Of a DNA stretch of 64,000 nucleotides, positions 19,026 through 29,049 are shown in pieces; within the stretch, counting starts at the first letter, position 1; every line of letters starts with the position of its first letter. Location: NCBI GenBank assembly GCA_963677925.2, contig CAXXYH010000003.1, forward strand, positions 672,001-736,000, written 5' to 3'. The translations under genes and the position numbers were made by a program. Below the pieces are notes generated by a model. The model was not told where the DNA came from, made no database searches, and was given only the letters and a program-made list of their open reading frames with translations. This DNA is from Spirochaetia bacterium. GTDB taxonomy: Bacteria > Spirochaetota > Spirochaetia > UBA9216.

Positions 19026-20967
19026 TGATGAAAAAGCAGTACGAAACTCAATAAAAGAATTTCTGGAAGATTACGATTATGCTGTGATTGAAGCGGAAAA
19101 TGGTGAAGAGGGAATAGATATATTCAAAGACCTTAATCCCGATGCGGTTCTGATTGATCTGAGAATGCCGGGCATGGACGGTCTTGAAGTTGTCAAAATA
19201 ATGCACAGTATTTCAGACACAATACCCCTGATTGTAGTGTCAGGAGCCGGTGAAATTTCTACAGCCATTGACGCCCTGCACAGCGGCGCCTGGGATTATA
19301 TTCTGAAACCAATAGGCGATATGGAAATTCTTCGTTCAGCCATCACCAAGACCCTTGCCCGAAGCAGACAGAGAAAGAAAGACAGGCTTTACCAGCAGCA
19401 TCTTGAAGAAGAAGTTTCAAGAAAAACAGCAGAACTTGAAGAAAAAAGCCGGCAGCTTTCTGATTTTAACAGCAGGCTTAACAAAGTAATAAACTCAACA
19501 ATATCCATTACAACAGTTCGCCGTATGCGTGAAATGGGAATCAGAATTCTGGATGATTTCGGCACACATCTCATGGCAACCGGCGGAAGCATATATCTCA
19601 AGGAAGATAAGGGCCTGAGGCTTGTTCATGCTCTTGACAGAGGACATGCCGAAGAGTTCATCCCCTTCCCTTTAAGAGAGAAATCTGTTTTCAGGAAAGT
19701 ACTTGAAGAAGGGAAAAGCATTCTGATAAACAATATAGACAGTTTTCCGGATCTTCATTCCAGCGGTTACGAAGGATATACCGATTCATCCTTTATGGTA
19801 TTCCCGCTGCCTGATCATAACGGAAATGTCATAGGTCTTCTCTCCATGCACAGCAAAACAAATCCTCCCTTCGTTTCAGAGGATAAGGAACTGGGACTGC
19901 TTTTATCCATCTTTTTTAAAGAAGCAACCAGAAATGTGCAGTCTGAAAAACAGATCGAATACCAGGAATCAAGATACAAGCGAATTACAGAGAATGTTGA
20001 AGCCATTGTCTTTTCTTATTCAATACCTGAGAATAGATTTGATTTCATGAATTCATCCTTCGAATTCATAACCGGCTATCCCGTAGAGAAAACTGCAAAT
20101 CTTGACATGGAAGGACTTGTAGATCTTCTTCAGATTGCTCCAAAAAATGAATTTCTTTCAGCTTATTCTCAGCTTCTCAGCGGAGAAAGTTCCGGAAACG
20201 GTGCTGAGTATATGATTATCGATGCCTCAGGAAGAAGCCGATGGCTGTATCAGAAAGCAATAAGCATATCCGATCCGAATGGAATTCCGGTTACAATCGA
20301 GGGTTTAATCACTGATGTAAGCCGGCAGAAGGAAATACAGGAAGAACTTCAGAGGACGCTTACAGAGAAAGACTTTCTGATAAGTGAAATAAATCACCGT
20401 GTTAAGAATAATATGCAGCTGATATCCAGCCTCCTTTCACTGCAGGAACAGCAGAGTGATAATATGCTCGTTGTTAGAAAGATGAAAGCGGCAAGAGACA
20501 GAATTGAATCGATGGCCCTTGTGCATGATAATATCTACAGCGAAGACAAAATTCCGTCTATTAATGTAACGAATTATATCAGCAAACTGATATCCAATAT
20601 GAGAGACAATCATGCCGTTGGTCCGAACATCAAGGTAGATATAGATGTTGAATCTTTCCAGCTTGATTTGGACAGGGCGGTGCTCTGCGGTCTCCTGATA
20701 AACGAAGTTGTTTCAAACAGCTTCACCCACGCCTTTCCCCGAAGCGGCAAGGGAGTCGTACGGATAAACATCTTTTCGCAGGACGAATCATATGTACTTG
20801 CAGTCTCCGATAACGGGATAGGATTTGATCCCCAGAGAGCGGACATTGAAACAAGAGGCCTGGGCCTTGATATAATCAAAAGCCTTGCATTTCAGCTCAA
20901 CGGAGTTCTGCAGATTAGCGGTGAAGAAGGAACCCTGGTACAGATATCCTTCCCCGCCGGCTTTTAA
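19003..20967 (+). CDS. REC-GAF-PAS-HisKA_2 hybrid kinase
   Basis: IDDE...IDLRMPGMDG receiver, GAF-like middle, EINHRVKNNMQ H-box, DNGIG, GLGL. Confidence 0.9.
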   Translation: MITVLTIDDEKAVRNSIKEFLEDYDYAVIEAENGEEGIDIFKDLNPDAVLIDLRMPGMDGLEVVKIMHSISDTIPLIVVSGAGEISTAIDALHSGAWDYILKPIGDMEILRSAITKTLARSRQRKKDRLYQQHLEEEVSRKTAELEEKSRQLSDFNSRLNKVINSTISITTVRRMREMGIRILDDFGTHLMATGGSIYLKEDKGLRLVHALDRGHAEEFIPFPLREKSVFRKVLEEGKSILINNIDSFPDLHSSGYEGYTDSSFMVFPLPDHNGNVIGLLSMHSKTNPPFVSEDKELGLLLSIFFKEATRNVQSEKQIEYQESRYKRITENVEAIVFSYSIPENRFDFMNSSFEFITGYPVEKTANLDMEGLVDLLQIAPKNEFLSAYSQLLSGESSGNGAEYMIIDASGRSRWLYQKAISISDPNGIPVTIEGLITDVSRQKEIQEELQRTLTEKDFLISEINHRVKNNMQLISSLLSLQEQQSDNMLVVRKMKAARDRIESMALVHDNIYSEDKIPSINVTNYISKLISNMRDNHAVGPNIKVDIDVESFQLDLDRAVLCGLLINEVVSNSFTHAFPRSGKGVVRINIFSQDESYVLAVSDNGIGFDPQRADIETRGLGLDIIKSLAFQLNGVLQISGEEGTLVQISFPAGF

Positions 20968-20986
20968 ATATACTGAGAGGAATTTT

Positions 20987-22288
20987 ATGAACATTAATAT
21001 TCGCAGATGGAGTTCACTGTCTGAAGATGAAAAAAAACAGATTTTCTCAAGATCTGAAACAGATATAAGTAATATCAGTTCTTCCGTTCAGAACATAATT
21101 GACGAGGTTAAAGAAAGGGGAGATGAAGCCCTTTACGAACTTACAGCAAAATTTGACAAGGTTAATCTGAAAGGAATACCGCTCCGGGTAACCGAAGCAG
21201 AATTCCGTGAAGCCTCTAATCTTATCGATGATGAACTGAAGAAGGCTCTTGAGTTTTCCATTGAAAACGTAAAAAAATTCCATAAAAGCCAGCTTCCCGA
21301 GGCAATGAGCTTCAGCGAGGTCAGACCCGGGATCTTTGCAGGTGAAAGAGCAACATCCATTGAGTCCGTAGGGCTGTATGTCCCCCGCGGCAGAGGCAGT
21401 TTTCCTTCAATGCTTTACATGCTGGCGGTACCCGCAGTTATTGCCGGGGTCGAAAGAATCGTTATCGTAACCCCGCCCAATGAGGATGGTACCGTTGATC
21501 CGGCATGTCTTTATGCTGCAGAATTATGCGGAGTAAAAGAGATTTACCGAATCGGCGGGGCGCAGGCAATTGCCGCACTTGCACTTGGAACCGAAAGTAT
21601 TAAGCCGGTTATCAAGCTATCCGGCCCCGGAAGCATGTATGTTGCCGCGGCAAAGCGGCTGCTGTCTTCAGTTGTTGATGCCGGACTTCCGGCAGGTCCT
21701 TCCGAATCTGTGGTACTTGCAGACAGTACTGCTGATCCTTTCAAGGCAGCTATTGATCTGCTTATTGAAGCAGAACACGGTTCTGATTCATCAGCCCTTC
21801 TGATTACGCCTTCAGAGGAGCTTGCACAGAAGGCAGCAGCTGTACTTGCTGAAAAAGCAGAGGCACTGCCGGAACCCAGAAAAACATTTGTAACTGACGT
21901 ACTCTCCGGATACGGGGGAATTATAATTACAGACTCGATAGATGAAGCCGCTGAAATAATCAATGATTTTGCACCCGAACATCTGCAGATTCAGGCCGAA
22001 GATCCATTCGATCTGCTTCCGCTAATTAAAAACGCAGGAGAGATTCTCATGGGTGATAATACCCCCTTCTCCATTGCAAACTACTCAACCGGGGCAAATG
22101 CTGTACTTCCAACAGGCGGCGGAGCAAAAACCTACTCCGCAGTATCGGTACGTGATTTTATCAAATACAGTTCGGTTGTATACGCCAGTGCTTCAGGCCT
22201 TAAGGAAACCGCAAAGCATGTTAAAACTCTTGCTGACTATGAAGGCTTTGTTACCCATGCCGCAGCACTTCGAGACAGAGGCCTTTAA
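20987..22288 (+). CDS. hisD: Histidinol dehydrogenase or close homolog (variant Zn ligands)
   Basis: GLYVP, GGAQAIAAL, GPGSMYV, AGPSE, EAEHG, APEHL; start at 20987 after GAGAGG SD. Confidence 0.8.
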   Translation: MNINIRRWSSLSEDEKKQIFSRSETDISNISSSVQNIIDEVKERGDEALYELTAKFDKVNLKGIPLRVTEAEFREASNLIDDELKKALEFSIENVKKFHKSQLPEAMSFSEVRPGIFAGERATSIESVGLYVPRGRGSFPSMLYMLAVPAVIAGVERIVIVTPPNEDGTVDPACLYAAELCGVKEIYRIGGAQAIAALALGTESIKPVIKLSGPGSMYVAAAKRLLSSVVDAGLPAGPSESVVLADSTADPFKAAIDLLIEAEHGSDSSALLITPSEELAQKAAAVLAEKAEALPEPRKTFVTDVLSGYGGIIITDSIDEAAEIINDFAPEHLQIQAEDPFDLLPLIKNAGEILMGDNTPFSIANYSTGANAVLPTGGGAKTYSAVSVRDFIKYSSVVYASASGLKETAKHVKTLADYEGFVTHAAALRDRGL

Positions 22289-22294
22289 TTTTCA

Positions 22295-23590
22295 ATGCGG
22301 TTCAATTCGGCAGAAGAAGCATTTACTCATCTTGAATCACTGAATAATCTCGAAAAGACTCCAAGTCTTACCGCCCGTGAATACCGTCTCGATCGAATGA
22401 AGGCTCTTCTGCCGGTGTTCGGCAACCCGCAGGAATCATTTAAATCAATCCATGTTGCAGGGTCAAAGGGCAAAGGGTCCACTTCAGCCTTTGCAGCTTT
22501 CATACTTAAGGCGGCAGGGTACAGAACCGGACTTTTTGTTTCACCTCACATAGAGACATATAAAGAACGTATAAGCCTCTGCGGTGAATACTTTAAGGAT
22601 AATGTTTACATTGAAACCATCACTGAGATGGTTGAAACTATCGAAGCTCTTCCGGACGGAGTTCTTCCGCCGGGGGGACCTCCTACCACCTTTGAACTGC
22701 TTACTCTTCTCGCTTTTCTTATTTTCAGGAAAGAAGGTATTGAATGGGCGGTCTTTGAAACCGGGCTCGGGGGGCGTCTTGATGCTACAAACGTTCTGAC
22801 TCCCGAAGCCTGTATACTTACCCCCATTGAACTGGAGCACACCGAGTTTCTGGGAAATACAATAGCAGAAATTGCAGGAGAAAAGGCCGGGATAATAAAA
22901 AACGGCGTACCTGTATTTTCCTCAGCCCAGAAAGCAGAAGCAGCTGAGGTATTCAGGAACAAGGCTGCTCAGATGAACTCAACACTTTGTTTTTTTCCTG
23001 ATGTACTGGATAATATTGAAATGAAAGATCCCTTTCATGCTCTGTTTAAATGGAAAAACGGGACAGCTGAGGTTTTGACTCTGAAGATGTGCGGACGTAT
23101 TCAAGCTGAAAATGCTGCCCTTGCTTCATTGTGTATCAGAAGTCTTATTCCCGGACTCAATACTGCTTCCGGAATCGAAACGGCTTCCCTGCCCGGAAGA
23201 AGCGAGCTCTTTCCGAATGTTTTGGGAACAGATTCTTCGATAATGATTGACGGAGCACACACCCCTGTATCCGTAGTTATAGCAGCAGAAGCCTTTAAAT
23301 CAGTTTACGGAAGCGGAACGCTGATCTTCGGGGCTGTTGACGGCAAGGATATAAGGGGAATGGCGCAGAACATCTGCAGACACTTCAGCACAATCATCAT
23401 TTCGACTCCGGGCAGTTTCAAACCGAACTCCCCTGAAACTGTATTTGAAATATTCAGAGAAATAAATCCTGATACTGTATTGGAGCTGAATCCAGAAACC
23501 GCACTTTCCGCTGCATTAGAAAAAGGCGGGCCGGTACTTGTTACCGGAAGCTTTTACATGGCTGCAGAAATAAGAAAACTCATAAGCTGA
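22295..23590 (+). CDS. folC: Folylpolyglutamate synthase/dihydrofolate synthase
   Basis: IHVAGSKGKGS, SPH, ETGLGGRLDATN, DGAH, TGSFY. Confidence 0.95.
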   Translation: MRFNSAEEAFTHLESLNNLEKTPSLTAREYRLDRMKALLPVFGNPQESFKSIHVAGSKGKGSTSAFAAFILKAAGYRTGLFVSPHIETYKERISLCGEYFKDNVYIETITEMVETIEALPDGVLPPGGPPTTFELLTLLAFLIFRKEGIEWAVFETGLGGRLDATNVLTPEACILTPIELEHTEFLGNTIAEIAGEKAGIIKNGVPVFSSAQKAEAAEVFRNKAAQMNSTLCFFPDVLDNIEMKDPFHALFKWKNGTAEVLTLKMCGRIQAENAALASLCIRSLIPGLNTASGIETASLPGRSELFPNVLGTDSSIMIDGAHTPVSVVIAAEAFKSVYGSGTLIFGAVDGKDIRGMAQNICRHFSTIIISTPGSFKPNSPETVFEIFREINPDTVLELNPETALSAALEKGGPVLVTGSFYMAAEIRKLIS

Positions 23591-23666
23591 CTAAAATCCT
23601 GCTGACAATAATTATTACTTCAGATAATATATGAATGCCTTTAAACTATTTATATGGAGTCATAAG

Positions 23667-24719
23667 ATGTTTGCAGACAGAATGAACCAGCTTACTCCCT
23701 ACGTACCGGGAGAGCAGCCGCAGGACGGACAGTATATTAAACTGAATACCAATGAAAATCCCTATCCCCCTACACCAAAAATTCTTGATTTCCTGCAGAC
23801 ATTCGATCATTCAAGGCTCAGACTCTATCCCGAACCGACATCACTGAAGCTCAGGAAGGCCATAGCCGATGACAATAACCTGAAACCGGAAAATGTCTTT
23901 ATAGGAAACGGTTCAGATGAGGTTCTCTCTTTTGTTTTCTTCGGATTCTTTGACGGTAAAAACGGTCCCCTGCTGTTCCCGGAGTTCACCTACTCATTTT
24001 ACCCTGTGTATTCCGGCTTTTACTCTATTCCTTACAAGAAGGTTCCGCTGAAAGCAGATTTTTCACTCGATATCGACAGCTATCTTAAAGAAAAATCCAC
24101 AGGTATAATTGTTCCGAATCCCAACGCACCGACAGGAGTCTGTCTGACTCTCGATGAGATTAAATATCTGCTTGATTCATACCCTTCCGACCGGCTTGTA
24201 TGCATAGATGAAGCCTACATAGCATTCGGAGGAGAAAGCGCAGCATCGCTGATAGAATCCTACAGCAATCTGCTTGTAGTAAGAACCTTCTCCAAAAGCT
24301 CTTCGCTTGCAGGCCTGCGACTCGGCTATGCACTTGGTGCACCGGAGCTTATTACAGCATTGAACACCGTGAAAGATTCCTTTAATTCCTACCCGGTAGA
24401 CCTCATTGCGCAGACCTGCGGAGAACTTGCAGTTACAGACAGTACCTACTCTAAGGAAATTATCTCAAAAATTATTAATACAAGGGAATGGTTTACATCA
24501 GAAATCGAAGAATCCGGCTGGGAAGTCCTGCCATCCAAAGCAAATTTTGTATTCGCAAGAAAACAGGGATTAAACGGTGAGGAAGTATATTCTAAGCTTA
24601 AGAACAAAAAAATACTGGTACGTTATTTTAATAAACCCGGTATTGATGACTTTGTCAGAATTACAATCGGAACGGATGAAGATATGAAAACACTCGTTGA
24701 GGCTTTGAAAAGTCTCTGA
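23667..24719 (+). CDS. hisC: Histidinol-phosphate aminotransferase
   Basis: PYVPGEQ, KLNTNENPY, GNGSDE, NPNAPTG, DEAY, RTFSKSSSLAGLRLG; GGAG SD before 23667. Confidence 0.95.
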   Translation: MFADRMNQLTPYVPGEQPQDGQYIKLNTNENPYPPTPKILDFLQTFDHSRLRLYPEPTSLKLRKAIADDNNLKPENVFIGNGSDEVLSFVFFGFFDGKNGPLLFPEFTYSFYPVYSGFYSIPYKKVPLKADFSLDIDSYLKEKSTGIIVPNPNAPTGVCLTLDEIKYLLDSYPSDRLVCIDEAYIAFGGESAASLIESYSNLLVVRTFSKSSSLAGLRLGYALGAPELITALNTVKDSFNSYPVDLIAQTCGELAVTDSTYSKEIISKIINTREWFTSEIEESGWEVLPSKANFVFARKQGLNGEEVYSKLKNKKILVRYFNKPGIDDFVRITIGTDEDMKTLVEALKSL

Positions 24720-24793
24720 ATTTCGACTTTTTCTGATTATACGGCAATTTTACTGTAGACAGTTCTGCTTTCGTGCTCTTATCATATTAATCT

Positions 24794-25348
24794 ATGGAGA
24801 AGATTCCTTCAGACAGACTGCGTTTTGTAGTCGGTGATATAACGGTCCTTGATGTTGACGCAATCGTTAACGCAGCCAATTCCAGTCTTCTTGGAGGCGG
24901 CGGTGTTGACGGCGCCATACACAGGGCCGGAGGTCCGGTTATCCTTGATGAATGCAGGGATATACGCACTCACAGATATCCTGAGGGGCTGCCGCCCGGA
25001 CGAGCTGTACTGACCAGCGGAGGAACAATGCCCTGTGAATATGTTATTCACACCGTAGGTCCCATATGGCACGGCGGCAAAAGCGGTGAACGCGAAACGC
25101 TGGCCAACGCCTACCGGAATTCACTCAAGCTTGCGGCGGAAACCGGGATTAAAACAATTGCTTTTCCTTCCATTTCAACCGGAGTATACGGATTTCCGAA
25201 AAAACTGGCTAATGAAATTGCAGTAGACACAATTTCGGCACATCTGCAAAGCAGCAGTCTCCCGCGCGAGGTTACCCTCGTTTTCTTCAGTGAGAAAGAT
25301 GCGGATATATATTCAGAGGTGCTTGATAAGCTTAAGATGTCCGTATAG
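24794..25348 (+). CDS. Macro-domain O-acetyl-ADP-ribose deacetylase (YmdB-like)
   Basis: GDIT, AIVNAAN, GGGGVDGAIH, HTVGP, ISTGVYGFP. Confidence 0.93.
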   Translation: MEKIPSDRLRFVVGDITVLDVDAIVNAANSSLLGGGGVDGAIHRAGGPVILDECRDIRTHRYPEGLPPGRAVLTSGGTMPCEYVIHTVGPIWHGGKSGERETLANAYRNSLKLAAETGIKTIAFPSISTGVYGFPKKLANEIAVDTISAHLQSSSLPREVTLVFFSEKDADIYSEVLDKLKMSV

Positions 25349-25357
25349 AATTCCCGA

Positions 25358-26767
25358 ATGTCTCTAAATTGTGTAGAAATAGATAAAATACTTGAAGAAA
25401 TCAGTCTTGAAGGCTGCCACATCCAGAAGATAAAGCAGCCTGACTTCCACAGTCTCTTTCTTGAACTATACCGTCCCGGCGGAAGATTCAATCTGATAAT
25501 CGATCTGGCACCGGGTAAAACCAGAATCCACACTACTGCCAATTCAGCTGTTTCCGAGATAAAACTTCAGCGCTTTGCCCAGCTTATGAGAGCCCGAATC
25601 AAGGGAGGTAAGATAACCGGCATTCAGCAGATCAATCAGGATCGAATTATTAAAATCGAGATCTCACGCAGCGGTGAACCCACTGTTCTATGGGTCCGCT
25701 TATGGAGCGGTGCAGCCAATATCATTGCCTGTGATTCAGAGCAGAAGATCCTTGACGCCTTTTACCGAAGACCCGGACGGGGTGAAACCTCAGGCGGTGT
25801 ATTCACATTACCTGAAAATAAAGGAAACTCTTCGGGCAGGGTTTTCGAAATCAGGGATTATAATTCATCTGAGAGTTTTAATAGCTTTATTGATGAATAT
25901 TATTCCCATGTCGAAGAAGATGAAAACATTGACCGCCTTCGCGACCGGGCCGTTAAAATAATTACAACGGCTATTAATCGTATAGAAAGCACTCTAAAAA
26001 ACCTTGAACGGAAGGCTTCGGAATACGGACCTTATGAGGAATACAAGGAAACAGGTGATCTGATAATGAGCAACCTCCATATTGCACAGAAGGGGGCAAT
26101 ATGGCTCAAGGTTGTAAATTTTTACAGGGATAATACAGAAACCGATATCGAACTTGATCCCAGGCTGACACCTGAAAAGAATGCGGAAAAATACTATACC
26201 ATGTACCGAAAGGCGAAATCCGGTATTGATATAGTTAATGAAGATATTGAAAATCACAGACTCCAGCTTAAAAACCTGAGAGCGGATCTGTTAATAACAG
26301 AAACAACTGACGATGCGTCACTTCTTAAAAAGATCTCGGAATCTGCACCGAAGCAGCAACAGAAGACAAAAGAAAAAGAATCTACTCCCGGACTCAGCTT
26401 CAGATCAGGAATGTACAGAATACTTGTAGGGCGCAGTGCAACCGAGAACGACCAGCTGCTGCGGAAGTACGTCCGGGGCAATGATATGTGGCTTCATACC
26501 AGAGACTACCCCGGGGGATATGTTTTTATTAAAACACTGCCCGGTAAATCTGTACCTCTCGACATCCTTCTTGATGCGGGCAATCTTGCCCTGTTCTACA
26601 GTAAAGCAAGAAATTCCGGTAAAGCGGAGCTGTACTACACTCAGGTAAAATATCTTCGCAGGGCAAAAGACGGAAAAACAGGGCTTGTCCTGCCGACTCA
26701 GGAAAAAAACCTTTCCGTGGTTCTTGATCCGAGACGTATAGACCGGATAATGAATCCGGATAACTAA
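25358..26767 (+). CDS. NFACT/RqcH (FbpA-like) ribosome quality-control protein
   Basis: NFACT-N with DRI motif, coiled coil, NAEKYY, NFACT-R (VGRSATEND, WLHTRDYPGGYV). Confidence 0.87.
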   Translation: MSLNCVEIDKILEEISLEGCHIQKIKQPDFHSLFLELYRPGGRFNLIIDLAPGKTRIHTTANSAVSEIKLQRFAQLMRARIKGGKITGIQQINQDRIIKIEISRSGEPTVLWVRLWSGAANIIACDSEQKILDAFYRRPGRGETSGGVFTLPENKGNSSGRVFEIRDYNSSESFNSFIDEYYSHVEEDENIDRLRDRAVKIITTAINRIESTLKNLERKASEYGPYEEYKETGDLIMSNLHIAQKGAIWLKVVNFYRDNTETDIELDPRLTPEKNAEKYYTMYRKAKSGIDIVNEDIENHRLQLKNLRADLLITETTDDASLLKKISESAPKQQQKTKEKESTPGLSFRSGMYRILVGRSATENDQLLRKYVRGNDMWLHTRDYPGGYVFIKTLPGKSVPLDILLDAGNLALFYSKARNSGKAELYYTQVKYLRRAKDGKTGLVLPTQEKNLSVVLDPRRIDRIMNPDN

Positions 26768-26781
26768 ATAAGGAGGCTAAA

Positions 26782-27336
26782 ATGGATTTTACTCTTACAA
26801 TCGAAGAAAAATCGGCTCTTATTAAAACGGCACGCGGAAGAATAAGGTCAGAACTTTTCGGAGAAGAAACTGTATACCCTGAAGTATCAGGGGTTCTGAA
26901 TGAAATCTGCGGAGCCTTTGTAACCATTCATATAGCCGGAAGCCTCAGAGGCTGTATCGGAAATATTGTCGGCAGACTTCCCTTATTTACCACGGTTAAA
27001 GAAATGGCTCACGCAGCAGCCTTTGAAGATCCAAGATTCCCTCCGTTGACCAAAGGTGAGTGGGATATGATTGATATTGAAATATCTGTCCTTTCGCCAC
27101 TGTATCAAACTTCAGATGTAAATGAAATTGAGGTTGGAAAGCACGGAATTTTCATGAAAAAAGGATATCACTCCGGGGTTCTGCTTCCGCAGGTGCCTGT
27201 CGAACAGGGATGGGAAAGGGACAGATTTATACAGCATACCTGCCTGAAGGCGGGACTTCCTCCGGACGCATGGAAAGACCCGGCAATGGAGATTTATCTA
27301 TTTACTGCTATTGTGTTCGGTGAAAAGGATATCTAG
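26782..27336 (+). CDS. AMMECR1-domain protein (AmmeMemoRadiSam protein A)
   Basis: GAFVT, LRGCIG, DPRF, EISVLS, LLPQV, CLKAG. Confidence 0.92.
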   Translation: MDFTLTIEEKSALIKTARGRIRSELFGEETVYPEVSGVLNEICGAFVTIHIAGSLRGCIGNIVGRLPLFTTVKEMAHAAAFEDPRFPPLTKGEWDMIDIEISVLSPLYQTSDVNEIEVGKHGIFMKKGYHSGVLLPQVPVEQGWERDRFIQHTCLKAGLPPDAWKDPAMEIYLFTAIVFGEKDI

Positions 27337-27347
27337 AAATTATTCTG

Positions 27348-28265
27348 CTATTTAATTCCGGTGAATTCTCTGACAGCGTCTGATATTCCTTCCAGGTCTT
27401 CCGGACTGTACCAGTTGATATCAGGGAGTTGACGAAAGAAAGTAATCTGCCGCTTTGCATAACGTCTGGAATTGCGTTTTATTAGCTCAACAGTTTTTTC
27501 AAAGCTTGTCTTTCCTGATTCATAATCAAAAAATTCACTGTAGCCTATTGCCTTCATGCCCGGATCTTCGGGGCCGTATCCAGCTTCTCTTAATTTCTTA
27601 AACTCGAATTCAAGTCCTTCATCAATCATCTGTTCCACTCGTTCATTTATTCTCCGGTAAAGCTCATCCCGCGGACGATCAAGCCCAATTAAAAAAAATC
27701 GATATCCGCTCCTGGGAGTATCGGGAACTTTGTAGTCAGAAAGAGGTTTACCGGTATTTTGAAAAACCTCCAGTGCCCGGACAAGTCTGTAATGATCATT
27801 TATTTCTATTCGTTCTGCGGATACAGGGTCAACCTGTGCGAGTTCTTTGAATAATTCAGATGAACCTTCGGTCTGCAGACGTTTTTCAAGCCTGACCCTG
27901 ATTTCTTCTGAAGAAGCAGGAGCCTCAGGCAGTCCGAAAATAAAATTTTTAAAATAAAAGCCTGTACCTCCGCAGATAACAGGCAGCTTTCCGCTATGGT
28001 GGATATCTGAACAAAGCTCATCTGCAAGACGGACGAAATCTCCGGCATGAAACTGCATTGAGGGATCACGGATATCTATCAGGTGATGCTTAACTACGGC
28101 CAGAAAATCAGCAGACGGTTTGGCAGTACCGACATCCATTCCGCGATATACCTGCATTGAGTCTGCATTTATTATTTCTGAATTATTAAAGACTGGTGAA
28201 AGAAGAAGATTGGTTTTCCCAGTTGCGGTAGGTCCAAAAATCAGGACAACCGGTATACTGTCCAT
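27348..28265 (-). CDS. miaA: tRNA dimethylallyltransferase
   Basis: GPTATGKT, DSMQVYRGMDVGTAKP, GGTGFY, YAKRQITF. Confidence 0.97.
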   Translation of the reverse strand: MDSIPVVLIFGPTATGKTNLLLSPVFNNSEIINADSMQVYRGMDVGTAKPSADFLAVVKHHLIDIRDPSMQFHAGDFVRLADELCSDIHHSGKLPVICGGTGFYFKNFIFGLPEAPASSEEIRVRLEKRLQTEGSSELFKELAQVDPVSAERIEINDHYRLVRALEVFQNTGKPLSDYKVPDTPRSGYRFFLIGLDRPRDELYRRINERVEQMIDEGLEFEFKKLREAGYGPEDPGMKAIGYSEFFDYESGKTSFEKTVELIKRNSRRYAKRQITFFRQLPDINWYSPEDLEGISDAVREFTGIK

Positions 28266-28275
28266 TTACCGGTAT

Positions 28276-28467
28276 TTAGTCCTCTATTGCGTATTCAACT
28301 TTAGATGTAAGAATCTGATCTATTGCAGTTGATACAACCTTTCCATTATTTCTATCGAGGTCTTCATCACCTGCAACTGTAACCTGCTGTGCTCTTTTGA
28401 TAATTGCAGATGTACAGGCATATACATCTTCCTGAAGATCAATAAGTTTATAGAGAGGAAGAATCAT
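28276..28467 (-). CDS. rpoZ: RNA polymerase omega subunit
   Basis: 63 aa with KRAQQ and KVVSTAI motifs; position between the kinase and miaA; AGGAG SD. Confidence 0.8.
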   Translation of the reverse strand: MILPLYKLIDLQEDVYACTSAIIKRAQQVTVAGDEDLDRNNGKVVSTAIDQILTSKVEYAIED

Positions 28468-28521
28468 CGGCTACTCCTGAATTTCTTTCAAATTTATAAT
28501 AAAATATAACAAAATTCGGCT

Positions 28522-29049
28522 TTATTGTAAAGATTCAGCGGCTTTTATTATGATATCTGCAACCTGATACTGATTGAACCGGTCTACATTTATGATAAGA
28601 TCAGCAAAGGCAAAATCATTGTTATCGATATCGTAGATCTGCCGGTAACGCTCGGAATCATTTTGATCACGTTTTTTGGTAAAATCGGCAATAGCCTGAG
28701 AATCTCCGCCTTCCCTATTGTGAATTCTTGAAGCTCTGACCTCATCTGAAGCAGTTAAATAGATTTTCAGATCAGCTTCTTTAAGCATCCAGATAGCAAG
28801 GCGGCTTCCGTATACACAGTTTCCTTCCATAGCCAGCTCAACATTCCGGTTGTCCAGCTTTCTGTCATATGAAAAATCATCCCTGGTCATAGCATGAAGC
28901 TCTTCAAAAGGAATCCCCATTTCATCAGCCATCTGTCTAAAAGTATAGTTAATCATTTTCAGTCCGAGTTTTTCAGCGACGAGTCCGGTTACAGTGGTAT
29001 TTCCGCAGCCGCTCTTGCCTGATATGGCTATCTTGATATCCTTTTTCAT
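28522..29049 (-). CDS. cmk: Cytidylate kinase, archaeal/spirochaete type
   Basis: IAISGKSGCGNTT P-loop, GSRLAIW, RYRQIYDID. Confidence 0.85.
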   Translation of the reverse strand: MKKDIKIAISGKSGCGNTTVTGLVAEKLGLKMINYTFRQMADEMGIPFEELHAMTRDDFSYDRKLDNRNVELAMEGNCVYGSRLAIWMLKEADLKIYLTASDEVRASRIHNREGGDSQAIADFTKKRDQNDSERYRQIYDIDNNDFAFADLIINVDRFNQYQVADIIIKAAESLQ

